Program-made: the position numbers and the translations under genes
Shown here: in pieces, positions 1 to 14,500 of the stretch
How the letters are laid out: every line of letters starts with the position of its first letter
Position numbering within the stretch: position 1 is the stretch's first letter
Origin: Eledone cirrhosa
Lineage: Eukaryota
DNA: 64,000 nucleotides
Assembly: GCA_964016885.1 (NCBI GenBank)
Contig: OZ024741.1
Span: 98,456,001-98,520,000 of the forward strand
Reading direction: 5' to 3'
The notes under the pieces: model-generated
Database searches by the model: none
What the model was told of the DNA's origin: nothing
What the model saw: the letters and a program-made list of their open reading frames with translations, nothing else

Positions 1-293
1 AACCAAAGTATATATTTTATTATACATGTTTCAAATGTACAATGGTGTTTCAGTACGTTTTCATCAGATAAAATATATAAGAGATTGGATATGCGACATA
101 CCGCTAAGGTACTTGAATCATCACTTCCTAAGACTTCGTTAATATAAGTTTATTTTTCATACCTCAAACTTTTCGGTTTGCATGAGATTTGTATATATTT
201 ATATATATGAGTGTGTGTGTGTAATATATATATATACACGGGTGTGTATGATTGTGTATAGAAGATTATATATATTTATATGTATGAGATATG

Positions 294-324
<31 letters not shown>

Positions 325-333
325 ATATATATA

Positions 334-420
<87 letters not shown>

Positions 421-425
<5 letters not shown>

Positions 426-477
426 AACGAGTAGGACCCCGACGGCTGAGCTCAAACCGTTTCGACGGCTAATTTCC
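421..477. repeat. Left arm of a palindromic dispersed repeat (family C), interrupted by the RTE
   Basis: aggaccccgacggctgagctc (433-453) is the exact reverse complement of 2979-2999; the continuation aaaccgtttcgacggctaatttcc resembles the uninterrupted hairpin at 56451-56544. Confidence 0.75.
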
Positions 478-2975
478 AACACTAACTTCCAGAAGCCTAC
501 CAACCGTCTAATAACCTACAAATCAGGCGAGCACATAAGCCAGATTGACTTCCTGCTAGTTAGACAGCGAGACAAACAGATGGTGTCAAATACTAAGGCA
601 TACCCGGGGAAGAATGAACCCCATAGCATAGGCTAGTCGTTAGTGACATCTCAGTAAGCAAGAAAAAGAATGAGACATACAGGAAGGTGTTGAAAAAAAA
701 GGTCTGGAAGCTAAAAGACCTTTAACTAAAATATAAATTTAGCAAAGCACTTCAAGATGTGTACGACCAAAAAGAAGACGATTTAGAGTTGTTTGACAGA
801 TGATAACTGGAATTTCTTGCGTGATAACTTACTGCAGGCTACCGAAGAAACTTATGGCTGGGGCAGATCTTCAACCAGCCAGAAAGTGACCTGGTGGTGG
901 AACATCATGATAGATAGGTCCATTAGAGACAAAACACTGGCATGGAAGGCTTGGAAAAATGGTGGGTGTAGAGAATATACACAGCCACCTAGAGAGAAGC
1001 TAGATGTCAGGTGTACTTAGCACGCAGGGAGGCTGAGAGTAGGAGGTTTGCCAATGTTCTGCGACGGGAAGATCAGAGTGTACGGTGTTCCACATTGCAA
1101 GGCTGTCTATCAGTGCAAATCAGGATGTTGTTGGAGATAAGTCTGTCCGGAATGATGCCGGTGTACTTAGCGTCACGAATGATCAAAAAAAGGAGGCTTG
1201 GAAATGTCATTATGAGAGACTGATGAATGTGAAGAGCGAATGGGAGAGAGGAATTACCCCCAGTAGACCCGAGAGAGGGACCAGATATTGAGATTGACGA
1301 ATATAGGGTACAAGAGGCAATTAAGGAAATGAAGAATGGTTAGGCTGCTGGACCGTCGGGGATAGTTGTTGAGATGCTGAAGGCATCAGGAGAAGTAGGC
1401 ACTAAACTGGTTGCACGCATCATCAATCAAGCTATATATGGTTGTGTCATACCCAAAGACTGGTGCAGCAGTATTCTCATAAATTGCTACAAAAGTAAAG
1501 GGGATGCTCTGGAGAGGAGCAATTATAGGGGCATAAAGCTGATAGATCAGGTTATGAAAGTCGCAGAGAAAATATTAGCGCAACTGATTAGAGAAAGGGT
1601 CAAATTAGATGAGATGCAGTTTGGTTTTGTGCCTCAGAAAAAGAACAACAGATGCCCTCTTCTTAGTGAGACAACTACAAGAGAGGTTCTTAGAGAAGAA
1701 TAAGCCACTATAGCTTTTGTTCACCTAGAGAAGGCCTTTGATAGGGTACCCCGATCTGTCATCTGGTGGTCCCTAAGGAAACTAAGTGTAGAGGAATGGC
1801 TTGTGAGGACAGTGAAAGCTATGTACAGGGGTGCTGTCAGTAAAGTGAGAGTGGGAATGGAGATTAGTGAGGAATTCCAGATACAAGTAGGAGTACATCA
1901 GGTTTCGGTCTTCAGTCCACTCTTGTTCATTATAGTCCTCCAAGCCATAACAGAGGAGTTTAAGACTTGATGCCCATGGGAACTTCTCTATGCTGATGAT
2001 CTTATAGCAGAATCAGTAGAGGAGCTAGAGAATAAATTCTGGCTATGGAAACAGCAGTTGGAATCAAGAGGAGTGAGAGTGAACATAGCTAAGACAAAAG
2101 TGTTGATAAGTAGAACAGAGGACAATACTCTGATTCCATCAGGGAAATGGCCATGTTAGATATGTGGAAAAGGAACTGGCATAAATTCCATAAAGTGTAC
2201 GCAATGCAGATCTTGGGTACACAAGAGATGTAGTGGGATAGCAGACAAACTAACAGGCAGGGAAAACTACATATGCAGTAGATGTACAGGGAAAGTTGGC
2301 AGTAGTAATCGCAGTGATAGACACATTTTCCAATGCAGGTTGGTTCTATAGAAGTGGTTCATAGCTTCCGGTACCTAGGTGATCAGATTAGCATGGGAGG
2401 GGTGTTCCGAGGTCATAGTATCTAGAATAAGAACGGGTTGGAAGAATTTTAGGGAGCTGCTTCCTCTGTTGACAAAGAAGGATTTCTCCCTGCGTACGAA
2501 AGAACGGTTATATGATGCCTTTGTGAGATGCGCGATGCTGCATGGTAGTGATACATGAGCAGAAACTGCAGAGGATATGCGACTGCAGGAGAGAAATGAA
2601 GCAAGCATGCTCCGTTGGATGTGCAATGTTAATGTGCGACCAAGCATAGACGAGTTGAGAAAGAAACTGGGTATAAGAGGGATAAGCTGTAGTGTGCGGG
2701 AGAGAAGACTATTGACATGGGCATGTGATACGGATGGAGGATGACCGCTGGGTAAAGAAGTTCCAAGAAATCCCAGTAGAAGGAAGATGCAGTAGCAGAA
2801 GACCACGAAAATCATGGGCGGAGGTGGTGAGAGCAGACCTCAGATCGCTGAAACTCACGGAGGAGATGACGAAGGACCGTGACAAGTGGAGAGCTGGTGT
2901 GGTGAATAGGACCCGTCCCACCCTTGCAAGCAGGGAAAAGCGGACGTAAAATGAAGATGATGATGATGATGATAT
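478..2975 (+). mobile_element. 5'-truncated, decayed RTE-clade LINE (end of APE endonuclease, RT, Cys/His finger, 3' (GAT)n tail)
   Basis: Translated fragments [27 protein letters not shown] (APE C-terminus), YKSKGDALERSNYRGIKL, QFGFVP, AFVHLEKAFDRVP, GVHQVSVFSPLLF, LLYADDL (~1983-2003), EGRCSSRRPRKSW; (GAT)n tail at ~2956-2973; many stops and frameshifts. Confidence 0.93.
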
Positions 2976-2978
2976 CCG

Positions 2979-3094
2979 GAGCTCAGCCGTCGGGGTCCTG
3001 CCACTTTTCCTATTACCCATTCTACTACCCTAAGTATCGAGTACTTTGGTGCGTTATGGCCTACCTAGTTTCTTACCACACTTTCTTTCTTTGT

Positions 3095-3100
<6 letters not shown>
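2979..3100. repeat. Right arm and flank of repeat family C
   Basis: Reverse complement ataacgcaccaaagtactcgatacttagggtagtaga matches 21959-21995 and 56393-56429. Confidence 0.75.
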
Positions 3101-3188
<88 letters not shown>

Positions 3189-3473
3189 CAATAGTCACAG
3201 TATTTTATTTTGTAAATCCTGTGGTATTTCTATTATATGATCCAAGTGTAACAATTTACGGAGTATATATGAATATTTACAAAATTGTTAGTTAAAACAT
3301 CACATTCCAGATGAGTGTCGCTGTTATGCAATAAATGTTATTCCCACTCTTCTAGAATGTGATGTTTTAAGTAATAATGTTGTAAATATCTATATAGACT
3401 CCGTAAATTGTTCCACTCGGAACCTGTAGTGGAACTACCATAGGATTTACCAAATGAAATAATTCGACCATTG
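3189..3473. repeat. Degenerate foldback, ~130-bp inverted arms
   Basis: aacaatttacggagt (3250-) vs actccgtaaattgtt (3398-); ttaaaacatcacattc vs gaatgtgatgttttaa; ~27-bp spacer; preceded by (TA)n. Confidence 0.8.
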
Positions 3474-4239
3474 AATAAAACACTACTCTAAGTGGCTTCA
3501 GATTCTTCTTACATAATCAAATTAATTGATTACACTAACGGAAACTGAATAATTCTATAATTATATATATATATATATATTTCTTACCTCACACTGCTAA
3601 TGTTTCCAATGATTTACACTAATTCAACAGTATATACGCACACTGTCATGCACTCAGGGGGAGGGACGTGAAGTAGTTGTACACTAGAGACTTCCGGATG
3701 AATGCACACACACATACAGATATAATGCAAGTTTATATAGGATTTTAACCGTCACTTCTGTATAAATAATATATTTAGAGTTAAGAATATTAATTCTAGA
3801 TATATTGAGTCTGCTGAAATTTGGCAACTCAAGCTAATATTATACGGTAATTTTCAACAGCTTTCAGTTTTGGCAACAATAAATATGAAGTGTTTGTTAA
3901 ATATATTGCACAATATTGGTGTCAAATTGCTTAGTGCCATTCCTAATGCAAGCGTAGTGAATATAAATGTTTGGGGAAATTATTATTTCCTATAATCAAT
4001 AAATTACAGTCTATTTACATCCCCAAAGGATTAAGGGTTAAATATCAATAATTATTGGAATGCTAATTGGAAGACCTCAAGCAGCTTCAACGAAAAAAAT
4101 GTTACTCAACTTAAACCTACAGCGATTCCCAGTCCAAATGCAACATCACAAAAAGTATTAACAAAGAATATTAACAAAACAAATATATGAAAAGAAAATA
4201 TCATATATGTTCAATAGAGAAATGTTATGAATAATGGCA

Positions 4240-5745
4240 TCTTAAATTCCACCAAATTAAACCAACATTCGAATTTTACAAATCCAAGGAAATAATGTTT
4301 TAAAAGAAAATTGAATCAAAGTAAAGCTAAATTTTCGTCATATATGTCAAAAAATAAATAAATAAATAAATAAAATGCTTTCTTTTTAACACCTGGTAAA
4401 ACATACAACTGAAGATAATCTAATAAAAGCTCCCGGGAAATGATTTAAAATATAGTTGATATACTATTTCAAATATTATAATTTCAAAGTGTCTTCAGAA
4501 AATGGTAGATGTTTGTGAAATAACTATGATGGGTTAAATTGAACTCAATAGTCTCTCTTCAAATAGGTTGCCAGACATTGCTGATTTAGCAGTTCTGTCT
4601 TTGATTGCACGTTATATTTATGATGGCATCATTACATTATTATCAAATTATCAATCTGCCTGTCTTTGGAGAGTTGTGCTACAGGATGACTAATATTTAA
4701 TTAAATTTATTCATTTATGAAAAAAAAAATTCGTAAAAACTTTGTTCAAGTATTTGTACTGATGGAGCTGTAGCTATGGGAGGGAAATTTTCTGTTTTTG
4801 CTGCTAGAATAAAAAAAAAACAACGTTGAAATTATTGGCTGTTGTCTTCATAGTCATACACTAACGTATGCTTCTGGATCTGATATTAGTAGTAAGTGAT
4901 GCCGTGAAAATGGGCAATTTTATTAAAGCAAGATCACTACATACAAGAATATTCTGTTTATTTTTGATATGATAAATATGTATCTTTACTACGACATACT
5001 GAAAAGCACTATTTATCGCGTGGAAAGTTTTCACATGACTTTTCCAATTGCCTGACGAAATTGAGATCTTTCTATCTGAACCTTATTTTGCACTATCAGG
5101 CAATCTACCAGATAAGACTTGAACGTGAGAAAATGGCAAACTTCTGGTATATTAACTCGAATGAAGTTAATCATTCATTGGAGGGTGCCAGTAGAAACAA
5201 TTATCAAGGTCCAAGGAAAATGAATACATTTAGGTGTAAAGTAATAATCTATAACGAATAGTGTTCTGAAAATGTTAGCGTTTTTGTTTTTGTTTTTATT
5301 TTTATTTTTCATCAAACAACCTTCAAAAGATTCTATTTTGCTACCATCATCTTTTATCTGTGAATAACTGTATTTTCCGGTTTGAAAGACAATTTTTGAT
5401 GAAAACACATTGGTAGACACGCTAAACTGAAGCAATCTTTCAAACGAAAAATACGCACAAATAGATCATATAATGGATTTTTCCCTAAAATGAAACTCCC
5501 AGAAACTGCAAAAGGATTTGATTGCTTTATTAATGGAGTAATCTATTATAAGCACAAGAAATTATTAATGCTAATGCCCTTTCCAAATGCATATTTATTT
5601 GAAATAACTTTCTCGTTGTAATTAATAACAAAAATAATAAACTTCAGGATAGAGTAAATATATAAGCGTTCATTTAGAAGTAACCTTCATAATTCCTCGT
5701 ATTCAGAGGCTTTGTGTCCAGAAGCAGGCTCATGAATATCACTAA
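4240..5745 (+). pseudogene. Heavily decayed hAT transposase, Charlie/Buster (ZBED5/SCAND3-like) group
   Basis: Collinear motif remnants: ICTDGAVAMGGKFSVFAARIK (~4752), DAVKMGNFIKARSLHTRIF (~4898), LLRHTE..LSRGK (~4987), LMPFPNAYLFEITFS (~5571, cf. LPFxTTYLCExGFS), KQAH near the terminal stop; no TIRs identified. Confidence 0.82.
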
Positions 5746-6089
5746 CGTTTAGTATGTTAAATACGAAGTTACATTTTTCAACCCACTAAGGTAAAAAAAT
5801 GTAACTCAATTATCTTAAAGCAATGCTCTTTTGATACGTTTTTGCAGTATAGTTACTATAATATTTTTTGTTTTCCAAAGATCTTTTATATTCTGAAATG
5901 CTTCTCACAATCTGAGTGATAAATGTTGAGAAATAATACAATTCTAATGCAACTACTTATGACTTATACTTCCAACAAGCACCTCTACCATTCCCTTTCA
6001 CTTAACCGCAATATACCAATATATAACAAAATATTTTAAGTGTCTATTGCTCGAGAGTGTAAAGCAAACTACGCGCACATATAAATACA

Positions 6090-8260
<2,171 letters not shown>

Positions 8261-11200
8261 ACGTCTGATTTACATAGCTGTCTCAATAAATGGTCTGCTG
8301 TATCATTGGCTGATGTTATGGTTGGATCATTCGGGGACATTTTCCTTTTTGGTGGTTAGTTTCCAATTTTTGGTTTACTGTTTGGGGTAAAGGTAGTACT
8401 GGTGGTGATTGGGTTCGATGTAGAAATGTCAGAATAATAAAGGAATTGTGTTAAAGAGAATATAGGCTGTAGTTGGTGATCATCATTTAGAATCAAAGTA
8501 CATTTTCCGAGAGGGAGGATGGTGTGAAAATAGAGCTTTGAGGGAATGTGAGTAAAGGGATAAGAGAAAGAGTAAACGAAGTGAGAGAATGGGTGAGAGA
8601 TATATATAGAGAAATCTCTATTCTGTCCACCGGGACAGCTGGGTGGCCAGAGCATGGGATCCCATTTGTATATAATAGTGAAAGATGGGGAAAGAGAGAG
8701 AGACACGGAGGCAATGAGTAAAAGAGAGAGGACATCAACGTACATACGCACTTGATAAGACAAAGATAGAAATAAAGAAGAAAGACAGTTACAAAAGACG
8801 GAAGAAATAAAGAAGAACAGCGTAGAAAAGAACGAGGATTGACAAAAAATATGATAGAAACAGGCAGTCCTATAGTAAAACCTATGATATGAGACTGTGT
8901 ATGAGTAAGAATGAGGTTGTTTGTGCGTGTGTATAACCGAGGATTGTGCGGGTGAGATATGCAAAAGAAAGGAGGAATGTCTTCGCATGTGAAAGATAGA
9001 TGAATAAAGGGAAAGAGAAAGAGAGAGAAAGAGAGAGAGAGGAAGAGAGCGGGAGAGAGAGAGGGAAAGAGAGCGAGAGAGAGAGCGAGGGGGGGGGGGG
9101 TAAAGAGAGCGAGAGAGAAAGAGAACAGAAGTTAACAACATAAAAATATTAAAAAATACAAAACATTTGAATACGAACAACGAGATATATAAGAGAATGG
9201 ACATACACCGTACGAAAGACAGATGACCTCTTGGTAACAATGTACTTTTGTCATCCTTCTCATCGTGTCAACTTATATTGGTCTGTTGTTGTCACTACAT
9301 ATTAAACCCCTTAATCCTTACTTTCATTAACGAGAACGAATCTTTAACAAAAAAAAACGCCACCATTACCCCGTTTTCTTAATTCACAGTCCCTTTCTTC
9401 AATGCAAACCGGCCATTGTCAAATACTCACACACACACATATATATATTATATATATATATGTGTATCGGTGTTGTGTGTGTGTGTTGTGTGTATGTGTG
9501 TGTAGAGAGAGAGGAAGAGAGAGAGAGATGGGAGGAGAAAGGTAGATAGATAAAGAGAGAGAAAGATTTTGTGTATTTCTTTTTTTTATTTTGGTCTATC
9601 CTTTAATACTTCTTTCTCGTTGCTATTCTCTAGCTTTCTTTCAGCATCAGTCTCTCCCAATGACTGATGTGTGTGTGTGTGTATGTGATACATATATATT
9701 GATATACAGCAAAATAACCATTTGGTTAATAAGGTCGCTCACTGATCATATGGTTCCAGGATCGATCCAATTTTGTTATCCTTTGTTTTGTGCTAATCTA
9801 TCTTGCTCCCCCAAAGTTATATTCCTTTCTTTTTAAATTTACTAATATGACTATATATACAGTACTGATTCATGTCTTTCTCTTTCCGTCTTTTCTGTAA
9901 CTGTAAATCCCTTTCACTATTTCTTCGTGTATTGTCTATACAAGGATTACATTGGCAACCAGCAATACCCTTTTACTTCACTTTTATTCGCGTAAACATT
10001 TTAGAGATGTTTGGAACATATTCGTAGCACATAGTTTGTATAACATTCTTATGTTCGACTTTTCTTAACCGTGTAAAGATCAGTAATACGGAATCAAGTG
10101 TAAGGGCCTAGAATATATTACTGATATTTTTAGCTATAAATATTTAAGGTTGCATTATATTCAAGTAAATACTGTCGCATGTAAATGTATGTATGTGTGC
10201 GCACGCGCATGTGTGTGTGGGTGTCTGTGTGTGTACGTTACTTTTCGTAATCTGTCTCTCTCACCTTTGATTACAAAGTCTATCTATCTGCTCAAGCCAT
10301 CATTCAATTTTTTTCCTTTTGTCCCATCTGTTATAAATACCCTCCCACTATTCCAATAATCATCTTTCATACCCTCTTACTTTCTTCCGTTCTGTCTATT
10401 TCCTGTATACTAGAATAGTGGACAACCCACACAAAAATTGCAGCAATATGTAGGACAGTGCTTGAAATACCTCTGTTATTTGAAAAGACCTTTACTGAAG
10501 GACAGAACAATACTCAAATAGACATATATCTTTGACAGACAATACAATAACCACCTCGTATTCCTGCTAGCAACATTTTTCTGCTTAACAGTAACAGCAG
10601 TAGCAACAATATCAAGAACCACCGATGAAATGTTTACATAATCGCTTGATCTGCTAGAAATATCAGCCACATCTCCCTTAAATAACTTCCCACTTGCTCA
10701 AATAAACAAGAATACATTGGGCGCTCTTGATAAAGATAGGATAGAATGCTTTTGATCACAGATCTGATCGATAGAGGCTGACACAGAATTAAAAAGGAAC
10801 AACAATAATAGTTAAACATGTATCGACAGCTACAGTGAGGGTAACAATTCAACATCTAAGAGAACTTCTACTAACTCATTCAACATGCTAGGAATAGAAA
10901 CCAAATCTTTTAGAGATTACATCTTACAGTCTTTTGTAATGACAGATTGAAAGTTGTAGTTGTAGATACACTATCTGAGCGTCTTTGGCAATTGGCCTGC
11001 TCAGTTAGGGTTGCTTTGAAGCTAAGTAACAATATCAACAAGAACAGCAACTAGAAAAAAAAAAAACAGCAATAGTGATAGCATTGAAACAAAAAATAAC
11101 AGCAACAATCATGGTAGCGAAAACAATGTCAACCAACGGCGGTATAGAGAAAAACAACGATCAAAACAACAACAACGGTAACAACTAGCTAACATGTGCG

Positions 11201-12164
11201 TGCTTACGTGATTGATCAAGATGATGGAAATAGGAGGGATATCTTCCTGAATTAACACACTATCTTCTAACAAATGGAAGGACACATTGTACAATGTAAG
11301 TGTAATGTAAAATACAATAAATAAAGAAAACAAGATGGTCGTAGCCGCTATATATTTGGGCATTGGTCAGCTTCATCGGGGCTCTGCATGGGTTAAGCAA
11401 TAAACACAATTGTAGCAACAGCAGAATGAATATGCGATGAATGTTCCTTTACGATATTGATTGATCTGGTAGAAATAACAGCCAAATCTGTGTCTTAAAT
11501 ATAAAGAATTACACACTGTCTAATGTAGTCATAGATACATTAGAATGTTTTATAAAAGACGAAACTTGTTCGTGCGACCAAGAAGTGATGCTCATATTGC
11601 TGTGTTATGAAGTAAATGTCCTCCCTAGGATGCCTTATCTACACATGGCAATCAATGGTTGGCGAACACAGTACAATATTGTACATTCAATTGTTTTAAT
11701 CAAAACGTATTGTGCAGAGTCAATATGTAGTCTTATGTGTCAGCGCTTTTCAAAACGACGAAGAGTAACTTGATGAATATTTAGCTTTTTTTAGCAGCCA
11801 CATAAAGGATATTTCGTTTTCTCGTGGAGGGTCCGTAGATTATGATATGCTGACAGAAATAATCCGTGAGAGGTATTTTTGTTTTCTCAAGATTTCTTAT
11901 AAGCTGTTAAGAATTCAGCACAATGCGTGTGATATGAATGCATTTATTTTGTTCTATATTGCACGTGTGTATGGTTGTGAGTGTTTATCTGTTGGTGTTT
12001 CACTAGATGCGTTGCATTGGAGAGATGTTAATGATGTTTGAAACGTTGACGTGTTATTAATGGATATCTCATGTTTCAATAAGCAAGACGCCTCATGTTA
12101 TATGTAGAGAAGTAATTCTATTTAGCTTATGTTTGAACAAAACAATACTGATAAGTTTAATAAT

Positions 12165-12312
12165 TGTTTCTACAATAGGCACAAGGCCAGCAATTATCCT
12201 AGTGTATTACTGGTACTTTATTTTATCGACCCCCGTTAGGATGAAAGGCAAAGTTAACCTCGACGGGATTTGAACTCAGAATGGTAAGGGCCGTAACTCT
12301 ACGCGTCAAAGC
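12165..12312 (-). mobile_element. 5'-truncated tRNA-derived SINE
   Basis: Reverse complement matches the body of the 13044 SINE (B box gagttcaaatccc, gcctttcatcc..ggggtcgataaaataaagtaccag); 14-bp TSD ataagt(t/g)taataat at 12151-12164 and 12313-12326. Confidence 0.9.
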
Positions 12313-12329
12313 ATAAGTGTAATAATGGT

Positions 12330-12423
12330 GATAATAATCAAGTTTGATAATGATTTTAATAATTGCAGTTATGTTGTTGACTACAGTAGCAGTGGTGGAG
12401 ATGAGGAAGATAACGATGAGTGC

Positions 12424-12482
<59 letters not shown>

Positions 12483-12545
12483 GGAGGAGGAGGAGGAGGA
12501 GGAGGAGGAGGAGGAGGAGGAGGAGGGGGGGGGAGATGATGATGA
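12330..12545. repeat. (GAT)n-(GAG)n compound microsatellite
   Basis: Directly visible. Confidence 0.9.
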
Positions 12546-12911
12546 AAAGGTTGGAAGGGAAAGCGGATTTGAACGCTGGCGATAACGATGCTATTCACAT
12601 ACATACAATATTTTCAGCTGTTGGTGATAGCATGAATGCTATGGATGAAACGTCGGACTAAATATGCTGACGAAACACCAGAGGTCAACGCCATCACTTC
12701 AACACGTCCTTACCACACCTCATACCAAATTATCTTATTTTACGAACCCTAGAGTATTACAGGAAAAATATTTTTATTTCGTTTCTCTACGTCATCGCAA
12801 TGAAAGCCATCCAACGGAGACAAGTTATTTTATCTTATTTTTCCCACAGAAAATATGATAGATTTCAAAAGTTGATTCCTGTTGGATTCGAAATATTATT
12901 TTATCTAACCT

Positions 12912-13031
12912 TTACGGCCATATTACGCTGAAAACACCGGTTCTCGTCCGATCACCGAAGTTAAGCAACGTCGAGCCTAGTTAGTACTTAGATGGGTGAC
13001 CGCTTGGGAACCCTAGGTGCCGTAAGCATTT
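12912..13031 (+). rRNA. 5S rRNA-derived sequence, near full length (first ~2 nt missing); solitary retroposed copy
   Basis: ttacggccatattacgctgaaaacaccggttctcgtccgatcaccgaagttaagc...gtacttagatgggtgaccgcttgggaaccctaggtgccgtaagca; box A and box C recognisable; helix I ttacggc/gccgtaa and cctag/ctagg intact. Confidence 0.95.
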
Positions 13032-13043
13032 ACTGCTATTAAG

Positions 13044-13229
13044 GGCGGTGGATTGGCAGTATCAGTAAAGCGTCGGACGCCATGCTTTGTAGCATAGAGT
13101 TACGGCCCTTTATGATCTGAGTTCAAATCCCGCCGAGATTAACTTTGCCTTTCATCCTTACGGGGTCGATAAAATAAAGTACCAGTAATACACTGGTTAA
13201 TTGCTGGCCTTGTGCCAAAAGTAGAAACA
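13044..13229 (+). mobile_element. Full-length tRNA-derived SINE (central domain resembling the Meta domain), 3' half of the 5S-SINE chimera
   Basis: Head ggcggtggattggcag (A-box-like), B box gagttcaaatccc, central gcctttcatccttacggggtcgataaaataaagtaccag, tail gctggccttgtgcc..gtagaaacaatt. Confidence 0.9.
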
Positions 13230-13380
13230 ATTATTTTATCTAACCTAATTGGAATAAAGTGCCAAATACCAGTCAAGTGTTCGTGTCTGTCTAGTTAAAG
13301 ACATTCGACTTTAACCATTTAGGGGTTTTAATGGCAATGTAAAAAAAATATTATTGCAATTATTAGTGTCTTGGTCAGGC

Positions 13381-13577
13381 GGTGGATTGAGGGCGGTGGA
13401 TTGGCAGTATTGGGAGAGGGTCGGACGCCATGCTTTGACGTATAGAGTTACGGCCCTTGCCATTCTGAGTTCAAATGCCGCCGAGGTTAACTTTGCTTTT
13501 CATCCTTACGGGGTCGATAAAATAAAGTACCAGTAATGCACTGGGTAATTGCTGGCCTTGTGCCTAACGTAGAAACA
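13381..13577 (+). mobile_element. Full-length tRNA-derived SINE, same family
   Basis: Same head, B box, core and tail; perfect 19-bp TSD attagtgtcttggtcaggc at 13362-13380 and 13578-13596. Confidence 0.93.
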
Positions 13578-13609
13578 ATTAGTGTCTTGGTCAGGCAGAC
13601 CTATAATTC

Positions 13610-13974
13610 AATAGTTCATGTTGTTTATGGTGGAGGTGTCTGTAATGATATTCTTGTTGTTCGTGGTGTTTTTAGTGGTGATGTTGGTGCTGCTTGTGGT
13701 GGAGGCTGTGGGGCTTGTGATGGGGGTGGTGGTGGTAGTGGTAATGTTGTTCTTGTTTTTGTTGTTAGGTGGTACTGGTAGTTATGGGGGGGGGGGTGTT
13801 ATTGTTAGGGTTTTTGTTGTTGGTTGTGGTGATGGTTGTAGGGCCGGCTGTGAGTGTGAATAGTGATGATAGTGACTATTATGAAGCGAATGTTGACGAT
13901 GAAAGAAGATTGTGATAACGAATATGATGCTGAAAGAAGAAAGTGAGAAAATGTTAAATAGCCCAGGTGATAGA

Positions 13975-14036
<62 letters not shown>

Positions 14037-14500
14037 AAGAAAAAAAGAAAGATAGAAAGAAAGAAAGAAGAAAAGATAGAAAGAGAAGGAAAAAATGCGC
14101 GAGATAAAGAGAGAAAACAAGATAAATAGAAAATAATGAATGAAAGGAGGAAAGAAGTTCTGAGAAAGAATTAATCATAAGAATGCATATATCTCATAAA
14201 TCATCATCATCATCATCGTCGTCGTTTCGTCGCCAGCCTCCACATCATCATCATCATTATGCTCATTTTCCTCGTCGTCTTCATCATCATTATTGTCATC
14301 ATCACCATCCTAACTATTATTAAGATAATTTCTGCTGTTGATTTTATTTTTGTTGTTGTTCTCACTGCTGTAATGAATGTTGTTGTTGTTGTTCTTGTTG
14401 TTGTTGTTGTTCTTCTTCTTCTTCTTCTTCTTCTTCTTCTTCTTCTTCTTCTTCTTCTTCTTCTTCTTCTTCTTCTTCTTCTTCTTCTTCTTCTTCTTCT
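13610..14500. repeat. Low-complexity field: GGT/GTT mosaic, (GA)n, (CAT)n, (GTT)n-(CTT)n
   Basis: Directly visible. Confidence 0.9.

Noticed and set aside
36-70. Minus-strand CTGATGA..GAAA caccattg TA hammerhead-like core
   Set aside because: Core and stem III are plausible, but stems I and II do not pair; at best a decayed copy
8356-9240. 294-aa minus-strand ORF
   Set aside because: Mostly the antisense of GA-rich low-complexity sequence; no recognisable domain
12912-13031. Member of a functional 5S rDNA array
   Set aside because: Single copy, first ~2 nt missing, no T4 terminator, enclosed with a SINE by a TSD
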